The notes: a model not told the origin generated them from the sequence alone. Shown: positions 19,825 through 29,259, counted from the first letter of the stretch. The stretch is 36,919 nt of DNA from Bacillota bacterium (GCA_017534025.1 JAFWDF010000066.1:1-36919), one strand, 5' to 3'. Numbers and translations: made by a program.

Positions 19825-22755
19825 CTACAGATCCGGATCCTCCGTCAGATTCATCGTATCGGCCTCTTCCGCGCCGGACACATCCGCTCCCGCGTCATTG
19901 GCACCGGCGGATACATCTGCCGAAACGGTTCCGCTGCCCGCGGAGCTCATCTGATTGAGATACTGCCGCAGCTGCTCCTGATACTCTCCGTAGCTCTTCC
20001 AGTCGCCATTCTGCAGCGCCGTCTGCGAGTTGTCAAACGCTTCCTGCGCCAGGCGGGCCAAATCACTGACCGTGAGACTGCCGGTTTCGCCGGTACTGCT
20101 TTCTCCGCCTTCCGATCCCGGTATTTTTTCTTCCACATACTCATCACTGAGATGGAAGAGCATATCCAGGGATTCCGCCAGACTGGAGCCGTAGGCGATA
20201 CGGTCTCTGTACGCCACGATTACCCGCTTCACTTCCGGCAGACTGGTATCGGTAGCCGATTCCAGATAAACCGGTTCCACATAAAGCAGGCCGTCATCGA
20301 TCGGAATGACGAACATATCCCCTCTGGTGTACGTGGAGCCCGAAGAATTCCACAGCGAGAATTCCTTGGAAATCTCCGTGTTCTGGTCGATCTGCGACTC
20401 GATCTGCATCGGTCCGTAGACCACATTGTCCTTCGGGAATTTATACAGGATCAGTTCCCCGTAATGCTCCCCGTCGCAGCGTGCGACCATCAGGCCGGTC
20501 ATATTCTTCTTGCCGTTCGGCGTGTAGGCGATGGAGCTGATGAATTCCTCGGATTCCATGCCCGGCAGCTTCATGATGTAGTAGCCCGGCACCATTTCCG
20601 TTTCATCCTGTCCGTAAATATCCGTGGCGATGCTCCATTTATCCTCCTTCTGGTAGAAGACGGACACATCATTCATATGATACTTCTGGTAGATCTTCGC
20701 CTGGATATCGAACATGGCGTTCGAATAACGGATATGGGAGGCCAGGCCGTCCGGCATCTCGGATACATCTTTAATAAGTCCCGGATAAATCTTGCCGATC
20801 GTATCGGCAATCGGATCCTCGGAAACCTTATAGAAATTCACGCTGCCGTCATAGGCATTCACTGTAATTTTAATCGGATTCCGCACATAATTGATGGTTG
20901 TATTTTCATCCAGATCCATTTCTTCCGAGTACGGATAATTATCCGAAGTCGTATAGGCATCCATGATCCAGTAGAGCTGGCCGGAGTCCGAGACCACGAT
21001 GTACGGATCGTTATCAATGGACAGGAACGGTGCCAGCTTGTTGACCCGGTCCATGATATTGCGTTCGTACAGGATCTTTGAGTTGCTGTTAATGTTGGAC
21101 GACGCCAGAATACGGATATTGCCTTCCTTAATCGTGTAGAACAGCCTCTTCAGCGGCGTCAGCCGGATGCCCCGCTGTCCTTCGTAGGTGGAGTATTCGT
21201 TGGAATCTCCGCTCGGATAGTCAAATTCCAGTTCTTTTGTATTGGTAATGACATAGTCGTCGGTCATTTCGCCGAAATAGATTTCCGGCCGGTTGATCTG
21301 AATGTCCGGCGTACGCGATACCGGCGGAATGCCGGATATGAGCATTTCCGGCTGCCCGGTTTCTGTTACCGCGTCCACCTGGGACAGAGTGATGCCGTAG
21401 CCATGGGTATATTTCAGATGACTGGACAGCCAGGACACGCCGCTGCCCAGATTATCCGTCACCATTTCCCGTGCGGACAGGAAGGTCTGCGTATACAGCC
21501 CGTCAATCATGTAGCGGTCATTGTCCACATCATGGAAATTATAATACGTACGGATACTCTGCGTCTGGTTATAAAATTGCTTCGACGGCTCAAAATCATT
21601 AATACGGATATTGGAAATCGTCGCATCATTGGACTCGATGTTTTCCGCCGTCAGCGTTCCGCGCGCCGAATAGGACTGTACCGACACATCGTCCAGGTCA
21701 TAGGCCGCCTGCGTATAGGAAATATTGTTCTGCAGGAAAGGCTTTTCCTTGTTCAGTTCATCCGGTGAAACGATGAGGGAATGCACGCCTGTGGCCAGCA
21801 CAGTACCCAGAATGCTCACCGCAATCATAATAACCGGCAGAAGCAGTACTTTTTTCAGGTTCTTCTTTCTGGCAAAAATGGCCAGCATCACGGCTGCCAC
21901 AACAGCAAGGATGATTTCCAGCCGGTACATATTGAGGGTAATGTACACGTCCGTGAAGCCGGCGCCGTATACCACACCGGAGTCACTGTACAGCAGATCA
22001 AACTGCTTGAGTATGAACGTAACCGCCACAAAGAGGAAAAACAGCACGCCAAGTATGATCAGCTGTCTGGATGCGATCAGTCCGATGGTCCTCAGATTGC
22101 TGTTATCCACATGCATATCCCTCTGTCTGACCCCGAACAGATTGCTGAATATTCCGTCTTCTTTGATCGGCTCCGCTTCATAGACATCCTCCTCTTCCAG
22201 CACATGCGGCCGGCGCACGGTCACCAGGAAGAGGTAATAGGCGAAGGTCAGAATCAGGAAAGCGATGATCAGTGTTAATGACAATGCTGTCAGATTCCGG
22301 ATCAGTGCCAGTTTAAAGACATAGAAGGAAATGTCCAGCCCGAACAGCGGATCGGTTTTGTTGAATTTCGTGCTGTGGGACGCGTACAGAATGTCCTTCC
22401 ATAATGTATTGGTCAGGATATAGGTGACGGCTGCCGAGAAGATCACACTGAACACGATGGAGATCCTGCGAATATGCAGGTCGGACAGTCCTCCTTCCAC
22501 CGTATCCATTTTGCTCAGATACTCTCTGCGAAGGGTTCTGGTATAGAACCAGGCCAGGGCGGTGACTACGATGAAGACAGGCACCGCAATCTTCAGTTCT
22601 GTAAAAAGCTGCTTAAAGAATACCTGCGTGTAGCCAAGATCCTTAAACCACCAGTAATCGGTCACAAAGCTCACGATCAGATCCAGTGATGCGAAGATCA
22701 CTACCAGGACCAGCACCAGTGCGGCGATGCCTGTTTTTTTCGATTTCAGTTTCAT
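19825..22755 (-). CDS. UPF0182 family large membrane protein
   Basis: 976 aa. N-terminal multi-TM region beginning ...DYWWFKDLGY..., a large extracytoplasmic body, and an acidic C-terminal tail. Confidence 0.85.
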   Translation of the reverse strand: MKLKSKKTGIAALVLVLVVIFASLDLIVSFVTDYWWFKDLGYTQVFFKQLFTELKIAVPVFIVVTALAWFYTRTLRREYLSKMDTVEGGLSDLHIRRISIVFSVIFSAAVTYILTNTLWKDILYASHSTKFNKTDPLFGLDISFYVFKLALIRNLTALSLTLIIAFLILTFAYYLFLVTVRRPHVLEEEDVYEAEPIKEDGIFSNLFGVRQRDMHVDNSNLRTIGLIASRQLIILGVLFFLFVAVTFILKQFDLLYSDSGVVYGAGFTDVYITLNMYRLEIILAVVAAVMLAIFARKKNLKKVLLLPVIMIAVSILGTVLATGVHSLIVSPDELNKEKPFLQNNISYTQAAYDLDDVSVQSYSARGTLTAENIESNDATISNIRINDFEPSKQFYNQTQSIRTYYNFHDVDNDRYMIDGLYTQTFLSAREMVTDNLGSGVSWLSSHLKYTHGYGITLSQVDAVTETGQPEMLISGIPPVSRTPDIQINRPEIYFGEMTDDYVITNTKELEFDYPSGDSNEYSTYEGQRGIRLTPLKRLFYTIKEGNIRILASSNINSNSKILYERNIMDRVNKLAPFLSIDNDPYIVVSDSGQLYWIMDAYTTSDNYPYSEEMDLDENTTINYVRNPIKITVNAYDGSVNFYKVSEDPIADTIGKIYPGLIKDVSEMPDGLASHIRYSNAMFDIQAKIYQKYHMNDVSVFYQKEDKWSIATDIYGQDETEMVPGYYIMKLPGMESEEFISSIAYTPNGKKNMTGLMVARCDGEHYGELILYKFPKDNVVYGPMQIESQIDQNTEISKEFSLWNSSGSTYTRGDMFVIPIDDGLLYVEPVYLESATDTSLPEVKRVIVAYRDRIAYGSSLAESLDMLFHLSDEYVEEKIPGSEGGESSTGETGSLTVSDLARLAQEAFDNSQTALQNGDWKSYGEYQEQLRQYLNQMSSAGSGTVSADVSAGANDAGADVSGAEEADTMNLTEDPDL

Positions 22756-22781
22756 GATTATTACCTGTCAATGCCTGAGCA

Positions 22782-22859
22782 AGCTTCCGTCGAATACCGG
22801 CCGGAAGCGCTGATATGCGGGAAACGGAAGCTTTTCCCTGCTAAGAGAAGAGCTTCCGT
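22782..22859 (-). promoter_or_regulatory. leader of the UPF0182 gene with four copies of an 8-9-nt motif in alternating orientation
   Basis: AGCTTCCG 22782-89, CGGAAGC 22802-08, ACGGAAGCT 22824-32, AGCTTCCGT 22851-59. A perfect 9-bp hairpin (22824-32 with 22851-59) and alternative pairings are possible. Confidence 0.4.
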
Positions 22860-22936
22860 CCATGTGTTGTATGAATGGCATGCGGGACATCCACAGTCCT
22901 GTAACAGGGCCGCTGCCCGCTGCCGGGGATCCGGTT

Positions 22937-23485
22937 TTACATTCGGAATATGCCGCTTCCGAACAGGGAATCCGCACCGGAGAACCCGCTTCCGAGTTTG
23001 TTGAAAATGATGCCCAGCATGGAATCCGGTGCCAGCAGACGGATACCGAAGATCAGGAATTCCAGCAAGACCGCTACGATCAGGACGATGATCACGATCC
23101 GCATGATTTTCAGAGACATCGGCTCGTCTTCATCCTTGGCCGCCTTTGCGGCTGCTGCCTTCGCAGCCTTCTTTCTGGCTTTCGCTTCCGCTTTGGCCGC
23201 CTTTTCTTCTTCCTTCGCGGCTTTATCGGATGGTTCTTTTTTGCCGAACAGTTTTTTCTTCGCCGGTTTTTCTTCCTCTTCTTTGGATTTTTTCGCCTCT
23301 TCCGGCTTATCCGCAGAAGCTTTGGTTTCCGCTGCTTTGTCCGAAGATTTGACGCCTTCCGCCGCAGCGGCAACCGCGGCGGCTGCAGCAGCAGCCTTCT
23401 TTTTCTCTTCTTCTATTTCAGCTTTTCTGGCGGCTTCCCTGGCGGCAGCTTCCGCAGCTGCGGCATCCAGTTCTTCCTGGCTCAT
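22937..23485 (-). CDS. A/E/K-rich low-complexity protein with C-terminal TM anchor; probably the C-terminal part of the upstream zinc-ribbon protein
   Basis: 182-aa ORF ending in IMRIVIIVLIVAVLLEFLIFGIRLL. Its frame is open upstream through 23486-~23905 with no start codon, into the E/A repeat array. Confidence 0.6.
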   Translation of the reverse strand: MSQEELDAAAAEAAAREAARKAEIEEEKKKAAAAAAAVAAAAEGVKSSDKAAETKASADKPEEAKKSKEEEEKPAKKKLFGKKEPSDKAAKEEEKAAKAEAKARKKAAKAAAAKAAKDEDEPMSLKIMRIVIIVLIVAVLLEFLIFGIRLLAPDSMLGIIFNKLGSGFSGADSLFGSGIFRM

Positions 23486-23666
23486 ATTCCGGATTTCTTC
23501 CTTGGTCAGTCGCTCTTCGTTTACTGAATAAGTAAATTCCTGTACTTCCGGCTCTTCGTAATAAACGAAGTCTTCTTCAGCCGGTTCCTCTTCCTCTGCG
23601 GATTCGGCAATGGCTTCTGCCAGGGTTTTTTCAGTTGCTGTAGCGGCTTCGGCAGGTTCCTCCGCT

Positions 23667-24097
23667 GCTTCTGCAGCAACTTCTTCAACAACCTCTTCGG
23701 CTTCACCAGCTTCTTCTGCAGCTTCCGGAGCGGCTTCTTCAACGGCCTCTCCGGCTTCTGCCGCTTCTTCCGCAGCTTCCGGAGCGGCTTCTCCAACCGT
23801 CTCTTCGGCTTCCGCTGCTTCTTCTGCAGCTTCCGGAGCGGCTTCCTCAACCGCCTCTTCGGCTTCCGTTACTTCTTCTGCAACTTCCGGAGCGGCTTCT
23901 TCAACGCCTCTTCGGTTTCTGCCGCTTCTTCCGCAGCTTCCGGAGCGGCTTCTTCAACCGCGTCTTCGGCTTCTGCCGCTTCTTCTGCAGCTTCCGGAGC
24001 GGCTTCTTCAACCGCCCCTTCGGTTTCTGCCGCTTCTTCCGCTACTTCCGGAGCGGCTTCTTCAACGGCCTCTTCGGTTTCTGCCACTTCTTCCGCT
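23667..24097 (-). repeat. coding tandem repeat: 8 units with 54-bp period (18-aa AVEEAAPEAAEEAAEAEE-like), one unit only 53 bp
   Basis: unit starts at 23667, 23721, 23775, 23829, 23883, 23936, 23990 and 24044. Unit 23883-23935 reads TTCAACGCCTC where the others read TTCAACCGCCTC or TTCAACGGCCTC. Confidence 0.9.
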
Positions 24098-25806
24098 GCG
24101 GCTTCGGCCGCCTCCGCAACATCCATCGTCGAAATCAGATTCTCTGCTTCGCCGTCTTCCGGTTCACCGGTCCCTGCTTCCAGAATTTCCCGGGCTTCCG
24201 GTCCGAAGATATCTGTAATCGTCATCCTGGTAACCGGCTTTTTCTCCCAGAACGGAACATCGTCTTCCGGTTCGGCTGCCGCCAGGACTTCTGCCGCCGA
24301 AACCGCTTCCTGTCCTTCCTCGGTCGCCGTCACTCTGGTCGCTCCGTCCGGTCCGCTGGTTACCTCTACGGATCCGCTTCCGGTTCCGTTCACTTCCACG
24401 GATACCTGCACCGCTTTTGCCGCTTCGCTTCCGCCTTCGGCATCCTCGGTGTTCATATGAATTTCCTGCGTCTTAACCGTGTACTGCGTTCCGGAAGGAC
24501 TGTTAATGCGAATATTCACTTCCCGCGGCGTTTCTTCCGGTACGGCAGCCGCTTCCGCGTCCGCTTCCTCCGCAGTCCCTGCGGTTTCCAGGGTTCCAAG
24601 AACCTCTTCGATCGTCTCTGCCCGCGGAATGCCGTTTACCTCACGGTAACGATCGTATTCGTCTTCAATCGAAAGGAAATCAATCCGCGGCACATCGATC
24701 AGTTCTTCCCGTCTGCGTTCCGCTTTCTCTTCCAGTTCCTTCTCTTCTTCCGACATAAAGACCACGCGGTCCATATCTTCGGTGAACCGTTCCTCTACAT
24801 CAATCAGACGTTTGAACGTTTCCTGCGCCCGAAGTTCCTCCATATCCGCCTTATAGCCGGCGGACGGTCCCAGTTCTCTGGACGCAGCCTCCTGAACCTC
24901 TTCATATATATCCGGGCCCGATGTGAAGAGAAGACGATCTCCGCCCCGCAGGAAATCCGGCATATGCATGCTGCCCCATGTTTTCCTGGTTTCAAACGGG
25001 TCATACTGCTGTTCCTGCATCATCTTCGGAACGGAATACTTTCCGTTGGCGGCCCGTTCAGGCGGAGGCACCACCTTTTCCTTTTTCGCTGCCGCGGCTG
25101 CAGCAGCCTGCTGTGCCTGCTGTCTGGCCGCAGCCGATGCAGCCGCCGCCGCGTTGGCGTTCTTCTGTACCGCAGACGGTCTTTTGGAAAGATCCCAGTT
25201 CAGCAGCGGTTCTTCTTTCTTTACACCGGTTCCAAAGATAAATTCCGCCGCCGTCGGCGCCTTCCTGTATACCGGTTCTTCTCCGGACTGCACGGACTGG
25301 ATCGGCGTACCGTCAAAATTCGTCGACAGATAATCATTGATCCAGCCGGTATTGCGGGGAGGCGGAGCAGGATCGTCATCCTCCAGCAGACTGTCATACT
25401 CTTTCATATCCATCTGGGACGGAAGGCTGAACAGATCCTGGCGTACTTCTGCGACAGGAGGCTCTTTCGGTGCTCTTTCCACCAGAATATCGACCTGCTG
25501 GTCCACTTCCTTCTGCAATTCTTCGTTTTCCGGTTCAAAAGTAAACAGGAACTTCACTTCTTCCGGTTCTTTCCAGCCGCTTCCGGGATGCTGGTCATAG
25601 GTTCTGCCGCTCTCGTTATCTACGAGCAGTCCTCCCTGCCAGTCCACGGAAACATCTGCCGGCTCCCTGCCTTTCGGCTTCGGGTATTCCTGAATATTCC
25701 ACTTGAATTCTTCCCCCGGGCGGCCGCCTCTGGATATGTATGCCCCACAGTGAGGGCATCTGACCGATCCATCCGGCACCACTCGTCCACATGCTTTACA
25801 TCTCAT
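23869..25806 (-). CDS. zinc-ribbon domain protein with long acidic disordered region (N-terminal part of a split ~955-aa ORF)
   Basis: MRCKACGRVVPDGSVRCPHCGAY zinc ribbon. The E/A-rich tail ends abruptly in an out-of-frame LKKPLRKLQKK* right after the 53-bp repeat unit. Confidence 0.7.
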   Translation of the reverse strand: MRCKACGRVVPDGSVRCPHCGAYISRGGRPGEEFKWNIQEYPKPKGREPADVSVDWQGGLLVDNESGRTYDQHPGSGWKEPEEVKFLFTFEPENEELQKEVDQQVDILVERAPKEPPVAEVRQDLFSLPSQMDMKEYDSLLEDDDPAPPPRNTGWINDYLSTNFDGTPIQSVQSGEEPVYRKAPTAAEFIFGTGVKKEEPLLNWDLSKRPSAVQKNANAAAAASAAARQQAQQAAAAAAAKKEKVVPPPERAANGKYSVPKMMQEQQYDPFETRKTWGSMHMPDFLRGGDRLLFTSGPDIYEEVQEAASRELGPSAGYKADMEELRAQETFKRLIDVEERFTEDMDRVVFMSEEEKELEEKAERRREELIDVPRIDFLSIEDEYDRYREVNGIPRAETIEEVLGTLETAGTAEEADAEAAAVPEETPREVNIRINSPSGTQYTVKTQEIHMNTEDAEGGSEAAKAVQVSVEVNGTGSGSVEVTSGPDGATRVTATEEGQEAVSAAEVLAAAEPEDDVPFWEKKPVTRMTITDIFGPEAREILEAGTGEPEDGEAENLISTMDVAEAAEAAAEEVAETEEAVEEAAPEVAEEAAETEGAVEEAAPEAAEEAAEAEDAVEEAAPEAAEEAAETEEALKKPLRKLQKK

Positions 25807-25865
25807 AAATATACTACTCCCGGCTCATAAACGAACTCGTTCTTTTAACCAATCATACATAGTAC

Positions 25866-25894
25866 ATTATATACTATAAAAAATTCCATAGCAA
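25866..25894 (-). promoter_or_regulatory. candidate promoter of the zinc-ribbon protein gene
   Basis: minus strand TTGCTA (25889-25894), 17 nt, TATAAT (25866-25871). Confidence 0.5.
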
Positions 25895-25933
25895 TGAAAA
25901 GGCAAGGAATTTCATCCTGCCGAACAGTTACTT

Positions 25934-26818
25934 TCACGCTTCGTCCAATCGGCTCCGCCGTGCTTCCTCCGCCGCAAACGCGGCAAAGCGTCTGGCAGCG
26001 GGTGACTGGCGCTCTCTTTCCGGAACCGCAATCCCGATCTCCACATATTGGGGCGGGGAAACCGGCAGGTACCGGACACCTTCCGTAAAGGATTCCGCGA
26101 TAATGGAATTCGTGCTGGCGATTCCCAGCCCTGCCGCCACCATCGCGTAAACTGCATAATTATCCGATGAAGAATACCGCACTTTCGGTCTGACTCCGGC
26201 AGCCGCAAACATCAGGGAATTGTCGGTCTCCTTCCCGGGATACAACTCGATAAAATCTTCTTCCGCGAACGCCTCCAGTGGAAAGGACGACGCGTCCGCC
26301 ATGGGATGATTCTCCGGCAGACAGGCCAGCATCGGGTCCCTGGTCAGAGGGATCCATTCCCCGGCACCCGGTCGCCGGCTGATAATGCACATATCCGCAC
26401 GCTGCTCCTGCATGGCCTGCAGCAGTTCCGTACTGGTACCTTCAATCATATGAATAGTAATGTTCGGATATAGTTTGTGAAAATCCGCAATCAGGCGGGC
26501 AAACCAGCGGTAGTAGGCATAATATGACGTTCCGATGGTAATGGTCCCGCGGCTCATGCCGCAGAATTCTCCGGCCGCCTGGTCAAAACGTTCAGCCGTT
26601 TGCACCAGCTCCCGCATGACCGGCAGCAGTGCCCTGCATTCTGCCGTAGGCGAGACACCGCCGCGGCTGCGCACCAGCAGCGGAAATCCGGCTTCCTTCT
26701 CCAGCGCTCCCATCATCCGGCTGATGCCTGAAATGGTATAGCCCAGTTTTTCCGCCGCAGCGGTCAGGCTGCCTTCCTCAATTACATGAAGCAAAATTCT
26801 GCAGCGCTCCGTTTCCAT
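25934..26818 (-). CDS. LysR-family transcriptional regulator
   Basis: 294 aa, N-terminal HTH (LLHVIEEGSLTAAAEKLGYTISGISRMMGALEKEAG) plus a substrate-binding domain. Confidence 0.9.
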   Translation of the reverse strand: METERCRILLHVIEEGSLTAAAEKLGYTISGISRMMGALEKEAGFPLLVRSRGGVSPTAECRALLPVMRELVQTAERFDQAAGEFCGMSRGTITIGTSYYAYYRWFARLIADFHKLYPNITIHMIEGTSTELLQAMQEQRADMCIISRRPGAGEWIPLTRDPMLACLPENHPMADASSFPLEAFAEEDFIELYPGKETDNSLMFAAAGVRPKVRYSSSDNYAVYAMVAAGLGIASTNSIIAESFTEGVRYLPVSPPQYVEIGIAVPERERQSPAARRFAAFAAEEARRSRLDEA

Positions 26819-26882
26819 AAAACACCTCTTTTATTCATACCTGTTGTATTCCGGAAAAACATCTTCTCTTATTTTGATTATT

Positions 26883-26901
26883 ATTCAAGGAAGTATTGAA
26901 T
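26883..26901. promoter_or_regulatory. candidate LysR-type operator in the divergent LysR/DMT intergenic region
   Basis: ATTCAA N7 TTGAAT perfect inverted repeat, a T-N11-A-compatible architecture. Confidence 0.35.
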
Positions 26902-26992
26902 TATTTTCGTTTTACTCAACATTAGCACTATCCTACAATAATGTCAAAACCATCGTCCTGTGCAGATGTCTCTGCATCCTGCATGACAGACC

Positions 26993-27994
26993 ATGAAAGA
27001 GATTTGCCCTATGAACAAACCAACCGTCAATTTAACAGACCGGACAGAATCTTCTGTGCAGAACGGCTCCGGCCGGCGCACCATGATCCTGTCCGCTTTT
27101 CTGATGGGGACACTGGCCATCGCAAGAGGATCCTCGTTTCTGATGTCCAAACAACTTCTGGAAACTATGGGACCGCTGACCCTGCTCGGGATCCGCTTCC
27201 TGATTGCTTTTTTCCTGCTCTTCCTTATCTTTCTGAAAAAAGTCCTCGCGGCCATCCGGCAGGATCCGCGGATCCTGGCTGCCGCACTGCTGCTGGGCAC
27301 CACCTATTACCTGTGCATGGCGGCGGAACTCTTCGGACTGCGTATGACCACGGCGGCCACCTGTTCCTTTCTGGAAAACTCCGCCATCGTCATGGTGCCG
27401 ATCTGCGAAGCCTTCCTGCTTCGCCGCCTGCCCTCACCAATCATCGCCGGCAGCGCGGGCATCACTCTCGCCGGCATCGGCCTGATTGTCTTCCGGGACG
27501 GCAGTTCTCTGCATCTGGGTTCCGGGGAACTGCTCTGTATCCTTGCCGCGCTGCTGTTCACCGCGGCTCTCATCCAGACAGATCGCCTCTCAAAACGCCA
27601 CGACCCGTTTGCTCTGGGCATTCTGTACGTCGGTGTCATCGGCCTGTTTGGCATGCTGTCCGCCTTTGCTGCCGAAACCCCGCAGCTGCCGCGGGGAGGC
27701 ATGCAGTGGAGCTGCATACTGGTCCTGTCCCTGGTCTGCACCTGTCTGGGCTTCACCATGCAGCCGGTGGCACAGAAGCATCTGCGTACGGAAACCGCCG
27801 GTCTGATCGTGGCGCTCAATCCGCTGACGACGGCTGTTCTCGGCTGGCTGCTGCTTCATGAATCTCTGGGCATACGCGGTATCTTCGGCGCCGTGCTGAT
27901 TATCACCGGCATACTGCTGCCGAATCTTCTTCCGCTGAAACCGTCTGCACCGGCAAAAATGACTTGTTTTCCGGCGTCGAAATCGCTATACTGA
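26993..27994 (+). CDS. DMT-superfamily (EamA-like) transporter
   Basis: 333 aa, about 10 hydrophobic segments, two EamA-like halves. Start uncertain (ATG 26993 or 27011). Confidence 0.85.
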   Translation: MKEICPMNKPTVNLTDRTESSVQNGSGRRTMILSAFLMGTLAIARGSSFLMSKQLLETMGPLTLLGIRFLIAFFLLFLIFLKKVLAAIRQDPRILAAALLLGTTYYLCMAAELFGLRMTTAATCSFLENSAIVMVPICEAFLLRRLPSPIIAGSAGITLAGIGLIVFRDGSSLHLGSGELLCILAALLFTAALIQTDRLSKRHDPFALGILYVGVIGLFGMLSAFAAETPQLPRGGMQWSCILVLSLVCTCLGFTMQPVAQKHLRTETAGLIVALNPLTTAVLGWLLLHESLGIRGIFGAVLIITGILLPNLLPLKPSAPAKMTCFPASKSLY

Positions 27995-28002
27995 ATTACA
28001 AT

Positions 28003-28092
28003 AAAGCTAGGGGAGCGAAAGCTGAGAGCGCGGTTCTGTCCGCTGACCCTCATCACCTGATCCGGTTAATACCGGCGTAGGGAAGCAGAATA
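28003..28092 (+). promoter_or_regulatory. TPP (THI-box) riboswitch
   Basis: CTAGGGGAGC...GCTGAGA...ACCCTCATCACCTGATCCGGTTAATACCGGCGTAGGGAAGC matches the conserved TPP aptamer core. Confidence 0.9.
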
Positions 28093-28115
28093 TCTTTCAA
28101 GAGATCGGATTTTCT

Positions 28116-28150
28116 GAACGCTCCTTTTTTTAAGGATGCGTTCTTTTTTT
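28116..28150 (+). terminator. riboswitch expression-platform terminator
   Basis: GAACGCTCCTT, T-rich loop, AAGGATGCGTTC, then TTTTTTT. Confidence 0.7.
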
Positions 28151-28220
28151 CGCGGTTCCGGCCGGAACGCGAAAGCATGGCAAAGGCCTTGCAGAACGCA
28201 GATATGAAAGGAGAACCTTT

Positions 28221-28517
28221 ATGGAAGCCAGTGTTGCCATCCAGACTCTGCCGCACGCGCCGAATGATGAAGAGCTGTGCCGCATCGTAGATGAGGTCAT
28301 CGCGTATATCGCGTCGACCGGTTACAATTACTATGTGGGTCCTTTTGAAACAACCATCGAAGGACCTTATGACGAGCTGATGGACATCGTAAAAGAATGC
28401 CAGCATATCGCTGTCCGGGCGGGCGCTCCGTCGGTCTGCGCATATATCAAGATCAGCTACAAACCGGAGGGTGAGGTTCTGTCCATTGAAAAGAAAATCG
28501 GGAAATATCACCGGTAA
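28221..28517 (+). CDS. MTH1187/YkoF-like thiamine-binding protein (DUF77)
   Basis: 98 aa, ...VAIQTLPH...VDEVIAYIASTGYNYYVGPFETTIEG.YDELMDIVKEC... is typical of the family. First gene after the TPP riboswitch. Confidence 0.8.
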   Translation: MEASVAIQTLPHAPNDEELCRIVDEVIAYIASTGYNYYVGPFETTIEGPYDELMDIVKECQHIAVRAGAPSVCAYIKISYKPEGEVLSIEKKIGKYHR

Positions 28518-29259
28518 TCTGTATCCGGTGGCGTCTGTCGCCGCAATTCTTATACTCTGGGAATGCCTTTCGTATTTCAAAATTGTACCGGACTTCATGC
28601 TTCCGTCTCCGGGGCAGACCGTGTCCGCCTTTGTCCATGACTTCACACTGCTGATGTCGCATACGAAAGTCACACTGATCGAAACGCTGCTGGGCACGCT
28701 GCTGGGCATCGCCATCGGCCTGGCCGCCGCTTTCCTGATGGATCAGTCCGATGTGGCGTACAAGGCGATGTATCCGCTGATCGTACTGACCCAGACAATC
28801 CCTGCCGTGGCGATTGCACCGCTTCTGGTACTCTGGTTCGGTTACCGCATGACACCGAAAATTGTGCTGATCGTACTGATCACATTTTTCCCGATCGCCA
28901 TCGGTGTGCTGGACGGATTCCGCTCATGTGACCCCGACGCCATTAATCTGATGCGTTCCATGGGCGCCACAAAAAAGCAGATTTTCCGCCACATTAAAAT
29001 ACCTCATGCTCTGCCGAACTTCTTTTCCGGCCTGCGGCTCACGGTAGCCTATGCCGTAGTTGGCGCCGTTCTGGCAGAATGGCTGGGCGGCTTTGCCGGT
29101 CTGGGCGTCTATATGACCAGAGTAAAAAAATCTTTTTCCTACGATAAAATGTTCGCCGTTATTTTTCTGATCTCGATCATCAGTCTGCTGCTGATCTGGA
29201 TGGTGAATATTCTGCAGAAAAAATGCATGCCGTGGGAACGATATTCCCGGAACGGATGA
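28486..29259 (+). CDS. ABC transporter permease (ThiX-like, NitT/TauT family)
   Basis: ORF 28471..29259. GTG 28471 abuts GGAGG with no spacing. TTG 28486 (LKRKSGN...) has GGTGAGG 9 nt upstream. Six TM segments and an EAA-like loop (MRSMGATKKQIFRHIKIPHALP). Confidence 0.8.
   Translation: MKRKSGNITGNLYPVASVAAILILWECLSYFKIVPDFMLPSPGQTVSAFVHDFTLLMSHTKVTLIETLLGTLLGIAIGLAAAFLMDQSDVAYKAMYPLIVLTQTIPAVAIAPLLVLWFGYRMTPKIVLIVLITFFPIAIGVLDGFRSCDPDAINLMRSMGATKKQIFRHIKIPHALPNFFSGLRLTVAYAVVGAVLAEWLGGFAGLGVYMTRVKKSFSYDKMFAVIFLISIISLLLIWMVNILQKKCMPWERYSRNG

Noticed and set aside
23521-23850. 109-aa K/R/L/P-rich ORF (PLRKLQKK repeats)
   Set aside because: It is the E/A repeat array read in the wrong frame. 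Its periodicity simply mirrors the 54-bp DNA repeat. The EEAAPE frame is the one continuous with both flanking ORFs.
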